DNA of 64,000 nucleotides from positions 62,001 to 126,000 of the forward strand of contig JAPDFW010000063.1 in the NCBI GenBank assembly GCA_028826165.1. The letters run 5' to 3'. The stretch comes from Anaeramoeba ignava BMAN. Its lineage: Eukaryota; Protista; Anaeramoebae. The notes beneath the pieces are model-generated. The model had not been told where the DNA came from and made no database searches. It saw only the letters and a list, made by a program, of their open reading frames with translations. The stretch's first letter is position 1, and each line of letters starts with the position of its first letter. The position numbers and the translations under genes are program-made. Shown here in pieces: positions 12,251 to 24,400 of this stretch.

Positions 12251-13429
12251 TCAAAAGCATTTTCTATTAATAAAAATAGGACCAAATTCTTCATATTCTT
12301 CTTTTGAAATCCACATATCTTTGAAATTTAAAATGGAGACTAAAATAGATCCTCCAATCCAAGAAGAATATTTTCTTTCAGGAGAAGAAATAATTTTAAT
12401 ATCAGAATCAGAATGATTTAATTTATAAATTTCCTTTTGGATTCTATATTCAATTCCAGGAATCATTGATGAACCTCCTGATAAAATAATATTTTGATAA
12501 AGATCTGTTTTCATTTCATCACTACATTTCATAATTGAATCATAAATCATTTGATGAATTCCTTTTTCTTCTCTTTCAATCAAATGCGGATTAAATAAAG
12601 CTTCACAACATTTAAATCTTTCATTTCCAATTTGGATAATATCTTGTTCAGGTAATTCATAATCTTTTTGAACTGAAGAAATTGATTGTTTTGAAAATTG
12701 CATTTCTTCATCAAAATCATAAGCAACATAACCAAGTTTTTCTTTTATATCATTAACCATTTCAATTTCTCGACTTGTAAAGAATTGATTTCCTTTTTCA
12801 TTGAGCATATTGACTAAATATTCAGTTAGATCTTTTCCTGCCAAATTTTGTTTTATAATTGCATGATTTAAAGCAAACATTTCATAAACAGGAACAACAC
12901 TTGAAAAACCATCTCCAATGTGAACAACAATTCCACTTTTTCTTCCTGATTGATAAAGTGATAAAACTGATTGATTTGCAAGATAAAGAGCTGGAACATC
13001 AAATGTTTCAAACATAATTTGGATTGTTTTTTCTCTGTTCAATTTTGGATTTAAAGGTGGTTCAGTTAATAAAACAGGATGCTCTTCAGGAGCAACTCTT
13101 AATTCATTATAAAAACTATGAAACCATATTTTTTCAATATTGTCCCAATCTGTTATTATTCCATTTTGAACTGGATATCTCATCATTAATATTCCCCTTT
13201 TCTTTTTTGCTTCTTCTCCAATATAAGAATCTCGAATATTCATTCCAACTAAAATTGAATGAGGAGATCTTATCCTTCCTACTATTGTTTCAAATGCTAT
13301 TTTTGGTTCATCTTCTCCTGCAAATCCTACTTTTGTTAAATAAGATCCATTATCAATAATTACTGTTTGAAATGGTTCTTGATTTGAAAAGTTTTCATCA
13401 TTTAATTTTAAAGGAAAATTTATTTCCAT
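12251..13429 (-). CDS. Divergent actin / actin-related protein, intronless
   Basis: IIDNGS..KVGFAGEDEP, YIGEEAKKKRGIL, WDNIEKIWFHSFYNELRVAPEEHPVLLTEPPLNPK, IGNERFKCCEALF, LSGGSSM, PERKYSSWIGGSIL, RKCF end. Confidence 0.95.
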   Translation of the reverse strand: MEINFPLKLNDENFSNQEPFQTVIIDNGSYLTKVGFAGEDEPKIAFETIVGRIRSPHSILVGMNIRDSYIGEEAKKKRGILMMRYPVQNGIITDWDNIEKIWFHSFYNELRVAPEEHPVLLTEPPLNPKLNREKTIQIMFETFDVPALYLANQSVLSLYQSGRKSGIVVHIGDGFSSVVPVYEMFALNHAIIKQNLAGKDLTEYLVNMLNEKGNQFFTSREIEMVNDIKEKLGYVAYDFDEEMQFSKQSISSVQKDYELPEQDIIQIGNERFKCCEALFNPHLIEREEKGIHQMIYDSIMKCSDEMKTDLYQNIILSGGSSMIPGIEYRIQKEIYKLNHSDSDIKIISSPERKYSSWIGGSILVSILNFKDMWISKEEYEEFGPIFINRKCF

Positions 13430-13540
13430 TTTTTAATTTTAAATGAGAAAAATGAAAAAAATGAAAATGAGAAAAATGAAAAAAATGAAAATGAAAAAAG
13501 TTATTTTTCTTTTTTTTCAAATTAAAAAAAACAACAAATA

Positions 13541-16095
13541 ATGTCTTTTAAATTTAATAAACAAATTCAACCAAATTTTCCAAAATCAGAAAATTATAAA
13601 AGTTTACAAGAAACACTTGAAAAAAAATCAAAATTAATTTATCAAAAATTTGAATATGAAAAATTAACAAAACCAAAATATAAAGAATTAATTTTGCGAA
13701 TTGATTCATTATTTCAACCTGAAAAAGAAAAAGAAAATAATAATAAAAAATCAAACAAGAAAAGTAAACATCTTCAAGTTGCAATTCAAAGGTAAATTAA
13801 ATTAAATTAAATTAAATTAAATTAAATTAAATTAAATTAAATTAAATTAAATTAAATTAAATTAAATTAAATTAAATTAAAAAATGTTTTCAATTTAGAT
13901 TTCTTCATAGAATTACAAATTTTGTTCTTATTCCTTTTATTCAAAATAATTTAATGGAAGAATGGTTTAATATCCAAATTAAAGAAGTTTCTGGTTATTT
14001 TGATGATGAAAGAAAATATTCCCATAAAATCCCAAATTTTCTTAGTTTATTAAATACAAGTTCTTGTTATCCAAAATTATGGAATTCAAATCTTATTGAA
14101 GCAGCTGTAAACTTTTTAGAAGATATTTCAACTGAGATTATCAATTTTGGATCTTTTGATTTTGCTAACAAAAAAAAACTAGAAGAATTTCAATATAAAT
14201 TATCAAAAATTTTAATTGGAAAAAAAGAAGAAAAAGAAAAACAATCAAAAATACCAAGTTTAGAAGAAATATCAAGAAAAATTATTGAAAATACTTCATT
14301 TGTGCTTGAAAATGATTTGACAGAAAGCTTACCTATAAATATTATAGAAGATATTTTCGATGATATGAATTTAAATGGAACAATTACTTCTTCAAACATT
14401 TCAAATTTCAAACAAATAGAGGTTTTAGATTTTAAAGGGAATTTTTGGATAAATAATGATATAATTTCGAAAATTATTCATTTTGACAATGTTTTTGAGC
14501 TGAATTTGACAGGGTGTTTGGGATTAAGTGATGAAAGTTTGAAAATTATTTGCGGAAATGAAATGATTCGGAAGAATTTGGAAGTTTTGATTCTTGGAGT
14601 TTGGAGTGGAAAACCAATTCTAAAGCATGAAAATGATTGCAAAGTATGTCTGAGTAATTATATTTCGACATATATTCAAGAACCATCAATTTACCTCAGA
14701 ATATCAGAAGATGCACTTGTAAATTTGAAATATTTGAGAAATTTGATTTATTTGGATATTAGTGGATGTTTTGGAAAAAATAACCCAAATTCTGAATATT
14801 TCCAAGATCAAAATGCTGGAGAAATTTATCAAGAGGAGGTTTTCCAAGAATTCTTGCCTCAATTAAATCAATTACAAACCCTTATTTTGGGAAATGATGG
14901 AGTAACAACATCAATTGTTGAAATGATTCCTTCTTCAATAATCAATTTGAAAATTCGCATTTCTGGAGCACCAAGAATAATTGACAAAGATCATTCGCAA
15001 AATCTTGTTCCTGTTTACTATGAAAATCGCAAAGAAAGTGGGGTTAAAATGGTTTCAGCTTTTGAAAAACTTGTTAATCTTAAAATACTTTCAATTTCAG
15101 AAATGAAACTCTCAATTTATTCCAGAAGATCATTCGATAAACCAGATGAAAATGGATATCTCTTAGATGATAAATTTGCATTATTACTCAAAAAATGGAA
15201 TCAATTAGCTTATTTGAAAATTGAGCCTTTTGATGATCTTGTCCATTTGGAAATGACACGAGATTGGATTCCAAATTTTTCTGAACGGCTTTTAACACTT
15301 GATTTATCAGGAAATAAGTGGATAGCTGATGATACTTTACTTGAAGTTGAAAAAGAATCGAAAGGATTATCAAGATTAGCACTTCTTCGCTCATTAGATT
15401 TATCATGTACATTTGTATCAGATGAAAGTTTATGCAAAATACTTCCGAATCTATTTCAATTAGATTATCTGAATATTCAATCAACAAGAGCTGGAAATGA
15501 GACTATTAAATTCATCAATCAATATTTGCAAAATCTAGAGGTTTTAAAACTTGGAGGAGGGAATTATTCTAATCAAATCACAAATATTACAAATGAAGGA
15601 ATTTATGAATTATTTTTAAATCAAAATATCCAAAAACTGTTTCTTTTATCATTTCCTAATATCACAACATTAACTGAATGTAATTGTTCGAAATCCTATA
15701 AGGAAAATGAATGTATTTTTTCTCTTCCTCTTTGGAAAAATGTTCAAGAATTACATTTGAATGAAATGAGGATTGGAGGCTTATTCAAACATTTAGAATC
15801 AACTAATGATCAAACATTCCTTCAAAGCCTGATTCATTTTGATTGCCAAGCAACTGTTGAATGTGATATTTATGAAGGAAATCATTTTTTTCTCGATAAA
15901 GTTTATTCTGTTTATCTTGAAAATATTAGTTTAAGAATAGTTGATCCTTCTAGATATCAAGTTTCTGGAATTTGTTTGAAAAAATTAAAGAATTTAAAAT
16001 CTTTTATTGCTTCTGAAAATGGAGGAAATGGAGGATTTTCTCCTTTATCTTTTTGTAGTTGTCCTAATCATATTCCTTCACTAAGAGTTTGGTGA
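13541..16095 (+). CDS. Leucine-rich repeat protein (RNI/AMN1/FBXL-like); exons 13541-13791 and 13899-16095
   Basis: LxxLxLxxC repeats (LNLTGCLGLSDESL, LDISGC, LDLSGNKWIAD, LDLSCTFVSDESL); phase-2 GT..AG intron 13792-13898 of pure (AAATT)n joins the two ORFs in frame. Confidence 0.8.
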
Positions 16096-16211
16096 TAAAA
16101 ACCAAATAAATCAAAAATAAAAATCAAAATCAAAAGCAATAAATTTTATTTCAAATAGAATCCAAAAAAAGAAAAAAAAAAAGAAGTGAATGATGTTATT
16201 GATTATTATCA

Positions 16212-19200
16212 TCATTTTGATTTTGATTTTGATTTTGATTTTGATTTTTCTTTTTCTTTCTTTTCTTTTTCTTCTTTTTCTTTTTCTTCAATAAAAAAAA
16301 TCAAATCACCTTTCCAATCAGAAACAACATTATCCAAATTAGTAAGAATTTGATCTCTTTTCGAAAAAAGAAAAGAAATCACAGCATCACGAAGTTTGAC
16401 TACTTGATAAGAAATAGCAAGATCAAACAATTCAAAAGCATTTTGCTGATTCAAAGAATTGACGAGAATTGAAACACAACGCTGCTGGAGTTTAGCAGCA
16501 CTGAAAAGTTGGTAGTATTCATCTGCATCAATTAAATCAACAGCAACATCTTTTTCTGAAATATGGGCAACGGAGTCTGTATAAAGAAAACGAAGAAGTG
16601 ATTCAATTGATTTGACAGTTCTTCCACTAAAATCAGGAGCAGAATTCGAAGAGTCTTCAACAGATTCAAACATATTGCGATAGAGACCACTTCTAGCCGC
16701 GAGAATAAACTTGTGCACAGGCACAGAAACGTTCCCGACAAGGATGATGAAGTCTTTCGACTCGTTATCAAGATATAAACTTTCGAGATCTTGACTAAAA
16801 GCATCGGTAGTTGCGAGGGTTTCCCCAATCTCACGTGAATGGACAATATGCTTGTATCCATGGACACCGAAGATTCTGAGAAGCTCTGCAAGCTGCTGTT
16901 GATGCTCCTCCGCGCGAAGCTCACAGATACCTGAGTAGATAAACTGGAAAAATGAATCCAAAACGGAGGAGTGAAAATGAGACAATCGATTCCTGATTGC
17001 GTCCTCAATTCCCTTGCTGAGCTGCACCACTTTACGGGCAGTTAGATCGACGCTCTGGTTTTCCTCAATGGCAATGCGCGTGTCGGATTCCTGACGGATA
17101 AGCTCGTAGGGTTTTGTAAGGAAACTGAGATCGGGTGTGATCATGCGGATACTGAAGAGTTTCCATAACACACCAAACTCTTTCTTGTTAAGAGAAGTCA
17201 CTTTGAAATCGTAGAATTTTTCCCCTTGATTCGAGAAGGCAAAGTTTTTCAACTCAAAACAGATGCCAGGCTCAAACTCCATGATGTAAACATCATCGTA
17301 AAAAACCTCATTTGATTTTGTTCCCGCAAAAAGAACCAAAAAAGATTCGAATTGCCCAATGAAGAAATCATCCCTACACGAAGGCGGGTCTTGAGATGGG
17401 ATTTTCCGCCATTGATTGGTGATCAAATCACAGGCGAAGACATCATTACTGTTTGTCCTTGAGTCTCTATTCAGTCCTCCAAAAATGACATGCAAGTTAT
17501 TTTGCATGATTGCGCCGTGGCTTTCTATAGGCTTAGTGAATATCGCCCAACGTATTGATTTCTAGCCACTTGTTTGTCCTCAAATCAAAACACCACAAAT
17601 CATTTAAATCTTTAGCTCTTGTTTGACCGCCAAAAATGAACATTTTATCTTGAGAAATGACAGCTGTATGACTTGTTCTTGCTTGAGGCCATGGACTTGA
17701 ATCCTCGCTTGTTATTTCCTTCCATGTCTGTTTTGCGAAGTCGAATATCCACAGATCGTTAAAATATGTCGATCCAAAAAAACGGTATTTCCATCCGGCA
17801 AAAACTACCATTGCATTTTTATAAACAACTGCAGTGTGATAATCTCTTGGTTGCGGTATTTTTATCTGCTCATCCTCGCTGCTCTTCCGATACTCGACCG
17901 CCTGCCATTCTTCGCTTTCTAGATCATAGAAATACATGTCTTCTCGATCTGCAAGTCGTCCACTTTCTTTATTTAAACCCCCATATATATACATACGCCC
18001 TTGAAATAATACCGTCGTATTCCCCCAGCGCGTATTTGGTTGTACCCCAAGTTGTTTTCTTTTTGTCCATTCAAGTGTTTGTAAATTAAGTGTCCACATA
18101 TCATTCCAAAAATCTGGTGCGGATGAGAAAAATCCCCCAAATACCCATAAATTGTTGTTATAAATTACACAAGATGGTTTTGCTCTTCCTCCTGGTGTTT
18201 TTCCTTTAAATTCGATTTTTTGCCACGAATAAAGTTCATGAGCTTTTTATTTATTTAATTTATTTAGAAATTTATTTAGAAATTTATTTATAAATTTATT
18301 TAGAAATTTATTTATAAATTTATTTATAATTTTATTTATAATTTAATTTATAATTTAATTTATAATTTAATTTATAATTTAATTTATAATTTAATTTATA
18401 ATTTTATTTATAATTTTATTTATAAATTTATTTATAATTTTATTTATAATTTAATTTATATTTTTATTTATAATTTAATTTATTATTTTATTTATAATTT
18501 TATTTATAATTTAATTTATAATTTTATTTATAATTTTATTTATAATTTTATTTATAATTTTATTTATAATTTAATTTATAATTTTATTTATAATTTTATT
18601 TATAATTTTATTTATAATTTTATTTATATTTTATTTATAATTTTATTTATATTTTAATTTTAATTTATAATTTTATTTATAATTTGATTTATAATTTTAT
18701 TTATAATTTTTATTTTTAATTTATTTATAATTTTATTTATAATTTTATTTATAATTTATTTATAATTTTTATTTATAATTTAATTTTATAATTTAATTTA
18801 TTTAATTTATAATTTTATTTATAATTTTATTTATAATTTTATTTATAATTTTTTTATTTATAATTTTATTTATAATTTTTATTTATAATTTTATTTATAA
18901 TTTTATTTATAATTTTGTTTTTATTTATAATTTTATTTATAATTTATTTATAATTTATAATTTTATTTTATTTTATTTTTAATTTATATTTTTTATTTTA
19001 TAATTTTATTTATAATTTTATTTATAATTTTTTTATTTATAATTTTATTTATAATTTTATTTTTAATTTTATTTATAATTTAATTTATAATTTTATTTAT
19101 AATTTTATTTATAATTTTATTTATAATTTTATTTATATTTTTATTTATATTTTATTTATAGTTTTTTTTATTTATAATTTTTATTTATAATTTTATTTAT

Positions 19201-20170
19201 ATTTTTATTTATTTTTTTATTTATAATTTAATTTTATAATTTTAATTTATAATTTTTAATTTATAATTTTATTTATAATTTATTTTTTATTTATTTTTAA
19301 TTTATAATTTAATTTATAATTTTTATTTATATTTTTATTTATAATTTTATTTTATAATTTTATTTATAATTTAATTTATAATTTTATTTATGATTTTATT
19401 TATAATTTAATTTATAATTTTATTTATAATTTTATTTATAATTTAATTTATAATTTGATTTATTTTTTTTTTTAATTTATTTTTTTATTTTTCTTTTTCA
19501 ATTTATTAATTTAATTTTTAATTTATAGATTTTATTTTTATTTTAAACCAGATTTTAGTTTTATAATTTAACAGGAGATTTTATTTAAAATTTTTATTTA
19601 TAATTTTATTCAAAATTTTATTTATAATTTTATTAAACCATAATTTACAAATTTTATTTATAATTTTATTTATAATTTTAATAAAACATAAATAAATTTT
19701 ATTTTAAATTTTATTTAAAAATTTTTTTTAATTAATTTTTAATTTAATTTTATAATTTAATTTATAATTTTAATTTATAATTTTAATTTATAATTTAATT
19801 TATAATTTAATTTTGGGAAGGATTTTTATTTTTAATTTTATTTAAATTTTATAAATAATTTTATTTTAAATTTATTTTAAAATTTATTTATAATTTTATT
19901 TATAATTTTTATTTTTTTAATTTTATAATTTTATTTTATAATTTTATATATAATTTAATTTATAATTTAATTTATAATTTTATTTATAATTTAATTTATA
20001 ATTTTATTTATAATTTAATTTATAATTTTATTTATAATTTAATTTATAATTTAATTTATAATTTTATTTATTATTTAATTTATAATTTTATTTATAATTT
20101 AATTTATAATTGCATTTATTATTTAATTTATATGTGCATTTATAATTTTAAAAGGAAATTGTTTACTCAT
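16212..20170 (-). CDS. Kelch-repeat + tandem BTB/BACK protein (LZTR1-like architecture); exon 1 20170-20167 (ATGA), exon 2 18242-16212; frameshift near 17530
   Basis: Kelch motifs (WVFGG..WNDMW, YIYGG, HTAVVY..VFAG..NDLW, HTAV..IFGG..NDLW); BTB motif KDFII..VHKFILAARSGLYRNMF; ATGA|GTAAAC..AAAAG|CT gives in-frame MTHELYSWQK. Confidence 0.85.
18243..20166 (-). repeat. 1.9-kb intron made of a degenerate 12-bp repeat (+ strand TTTATAATTTTA)
   Basis: Visible tandem repeat bounded by GT (20166) and AG (18243) on the minus strand. Confidence 0.8.
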
Positions 20171-20281
20171 TTAAAAAGAAAAGAAAAAGAAAAGAAAAGA
20201 AGGAAAAAAAATGAAAAAAATTTTTTGTTTTTTTAAATTTTTTTTTTCATTTTTTTCTTCTCAAATTATTCTTTTTAAAAA
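20171..20281. promoter_or_regulatory. 111-nt bidirectional promoter (Kelch-BTB / NDK) with TTTTCATTTT initiator-like motif on each strand
   Basis: Divergent ATGs at 20170 and 20282; AAAATGAAAA near 20210 and TTTTCATTTT near 20248. Confidence 0.6.
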
Positions 20282-21110
20282 ATGACTGAAAGATCTTTTG
20301 TTGCTATTAAACCAGATGGAGTTGAAAGAAAATTAACAGGAGAAATTATTAAAAGAATTGAACAAAAAGGATTCAAAATGGTTGCAATGAAATTTATTAA
20401 ACCATCACAAGAATTAGCAGAAGAACATTATGGAGAACGTAAATAAAACATAAAAAACACAAACAAAATTAAAATTTATAAAAAAAATTTTTTTTCTTTT
20501 AATTAATTTTTTTTTAATTAAAAAAAATAGATAAAGAAAAACCTTTTTATAAAGGATTAGTTGAATTTATTACTTCAGGACCAGTTGTTGCAATGGTTTG
20601 GGAAGGAAAAGATGTTATTGCAACTATTCGTAAAATGGTTGGTGTTACAGATCCTTTAAAAAGTGATCCAGGAACAATTCGTGGTGATTTTGGAATTTCA
20701 ATTGGTTTGATTTCAATTTAATATTTAATATTTAATATTTAATATTTAATATTTATAATTTAATATTTAATATTTATTATTTAATATTTATTATTTATTA
20801 TTTAATATTTATTATTTATTATTAAATATTTATTATTTAATATTTATTATTTATTATTTAATATTTAATATTTAATATTTAATATTTAATATTTATTATT
20901 TACTATTTAATATTTATTATTTATTATTAAATATTTATTATTTAATATTTATTATTTATTATTCAATATTTAATATTTTTTTTAGGTCGTAATATCATTC
21001 ATGCTAGTGATAAATTAGAATCTGCAAAGAAAGAAATTAGTCTTTGGTTTTCTCAAGATGAATTAGTTGAATACACTCCAACTCTTGATAAATGGATTTA
21101 CGAAAATTAA
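20282..21110 (+). CDS. NDK: Nucleoside diphosphate kinase; exons 20282-20438, 20531-20704, 20986-21110
   Basis: Spliced translation [72 protein letters not shown]; absent from the ORF track. Confidence 0.97.
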
Positions 21111-21404
21111 AAAAGAATTAAAAAAGAATTTAAAAGAAATTTAAAAGAAATTAAAAAAGAATTTAAAAAAGAATTTAAAAGAATTTAAAAAAGAAATTAA
21201 AAGAAAATTAAAAAAGAAATTTAAAAAGAAATTTTCATTTCAAATCCAAAAAAAAAATAATAAAAAACTTCTCTCTTTTTCTTTTTCTTTTTCTTTTTCT
21301 TTTATTTTTTAGGAAATTGAAGAAAAAAAGAAAGAAATCAAATTTTGAAAAGAAAGAAAGTAAAAAAAAAGAAAAAAGTAAGAAAGAAAAAAGACAAATT
21401 CTTT

Positions 21405-24400
21405 TTAATATCTTTTTCCAGATTTCAAACGTTGAATCTCAGTTGATAAATTAGAATTTTCACTTAATTGATAATAAGATTCAGCATCAAGTAATTCATT
21501 AATAACGGAATTATCCAAATCATTATCCAATTTATCGAAATATAAATATCTAACTAAAGCATTAACAGTTTTAAATTGTTTTCCACTGTAATCATTAACT
21601 TTATTTGAATCATCATTAACACTTAAAAACATTCCTCGATATAAATCACTTCTTGCCATTAAAATTATCTTGTGAACCTTAATTGGTTTACTTTCTGAAA
21701 TAATTGTAAAATCTTTTGAGTCTTCATTATGATATAAAGCTTCTAAATCATGTTTTAAATTTTCTATTCCATTGATTGAATCAAATTGATTTTGTCCCAT
21801 TTCTCGTATCATTTCTTGTATTGTTCGTAAATGAAATGATACTCCTGTATAAACCCACTCAAAGAAATTGTCCACATCTTCGTGTTTTTTGTAACGGAAA
21901 AATCCATTATATGCTTGAATATCTTTGATTCTTAATCGGAAATTTACAAATTGTGTGTGAATTGGAATTTTCCCTCCTAATGTTGCGATTTCTAAATCAC
22001 AGTTTTCATGTCGAAGATAAAGTTGATCTAGATCTTTTATTAATGATTTTTGTCTAAAAAGGTTCTATTTTTTAATTTATATTTTAATATTAATTTTAAT
22101 ATTAATTTTAATTTTAATTTTAATTTTAATTTTTAATTTTAATTTTTAATTTTAATTTTAATTTTAATTTTAATTTTAATTTTAATTTTAATTTTAATTT
22201 TAATTTTAATTTTAATTTTAATTTCAATTTTTGATTTTTAATTTTAATTTTAATTTTAATTTTAATTTTAATTTTAATTTTAATATTAATTTTAATATTA
22301 ATTTTAATTTTAATATTAATTTTAATTTTAATTTAAATTTTAATATTAATTTTAATTTTAATTTTAATTTTAATTTTGATTTTAATTTTGATTTAAATTT
22401 TAATTTTGATTTTAATTTTAAAATTAATTTTATTTATAATTTAATTTTAATTTTAATTTTGATATAAATTTTAATTTTGATTTTAATTTGTACTGAAATA
22501 TCATATTCAAAAATCTTTTTTGTTGTTGTTCCAAGATATAATCTTTGTTTTGTTGCACCAACTGCCCAAATCTTAACTTCTGCTTCAAATTTATGAAGAC
22601 ATTTTCCAGTCTAATTTTTTTCAAAAATAATAAAAATTAAATATAAAAATTAAATATAAAAATTAAATATAAAAATTAAATATAAAAATTAAATATAAAA
22701 ATTAAATATAAAAATTAAAATGAAATTAAATCAACTTTTAAATCCCAAGCAAATCCAGTTCCACCATCTCCACCAGTAAATAAAATATTATTATAAATAT
22801 GTGAAGAAATAATTGGTTGTTTATGCCCTTCCCATTTTTCTAATTCTTTTCCAGCCTAATAAATTAATATTAATTTTGATTTTAATTTTAATTTTAATTT
22901 TTAATTTTAAATTTAATTTTAAATTTTAATTTTGATTTTGATTTTGATTTTAATTTTAAATTTATTACATTAATATCCCATTTTTTAATTGAACAATCTT
23001 TTGAGCAAGTTATCATTTTTCCTTCATACATTTCAATACACCAAACTCCAAGACTATGACATTTAATTGTTCTATTTAATCTAAGTCCACTCTTTTTAAA
23101 TTTTAAATGAATTTTGAATTTAAATGAATTTTAAATTTAAATCAATTTTAAATTTAAATCAATTTTGAATTTAAATCAATTTTGAATTTAAATCAATTTT
23201 AAATTTTAAATCAATTTTGAATTTAAATCAATTTTAAATTTAAATCAATTTTAAATTTAAATCAATTTTGAATTTAAATCAATTTTGAATTTAAATCAAT
23301 TTTGAATTTAAAATGAATTTTGAATTTAAATCAATTTTGAATTTAAATCAATTTTGAATTTAAATCAATTTTGAATTTAAATCAATTTTAAATTAATACA
23401 TTAAGATTCCATTCTTTCACATTTCCATCAGAAAATCCTGAATAAAGCATATCATTAAAAATTTCTAAAGACCAAACTCTACCTGCATTTTTTTGTTTGC
23501 TAATGTAACTCAATCCATCTTTTTTCTATTTTTTTTTCATAATTTTAATATTGAATTTAATTTTGATTTTGATTTAATTTTGATTTTAATTTTAATTTTG
23601 ATTTTGATTTTGATTTTTTTTAGATTTTGATTTTGATTTTGAGTTTTGATTTTGATTTTGATTTTGATTTTAATTTTAATTTTAAATTGATTTTAAATTT
23701 TCAAAATTAATAACTACAAAATTATATTCTCTAATATAAGTATCCTTTCCTCCAGTATAAAATTTATTATTATGAATAACAAAAGTAAAAATATAACCAT
23801 CCCAATCTCCTTTAAAAGACCAAATCAATTCACCATTCTAAATAAAAAGAAAATCAAAAAAGAAAAAAAATGAATATAATTTTTCCAACTTTTTTTTTAT
23901 GAATTGAATATAATAAAAAAATACTTGTGCATTAAAGCATCTTATATCAGAACCAGAAGAATATAAATCACCAAGATGAGTTTTAAGATAGAAAATATAA
24001 CTAGGGGTTTCTTTTGTCCAAACTTTTATAGAATCCTTTTAATTTATTTAATTTTTATATTAAATTTTATTTAAATTTTATTTGAATTTTATATTTAAAT
24101 TTTATTTAAATTTTATATTTAAATTTTATTTAAATTTTATTTAAATTTTATATTTGAATTTTGATATATTTGAATTTTATATTTAAATTTTATTTAAATT
24201 TTATTTAAATTTTTATTTAAATTTTATTTAAATTTTATTTAAATTTTACATATTTTTTTTAAATTTTAAATTATATTTGAATTTATATTTGAATTTTATT
24301 TTAAATATTTAAATTTTATATTTAAATTTGAATTTTATATTTGAATTATATTTTGAATTATATTTTGAATTTTATTTGAATTTTATATTTAAATTATATT

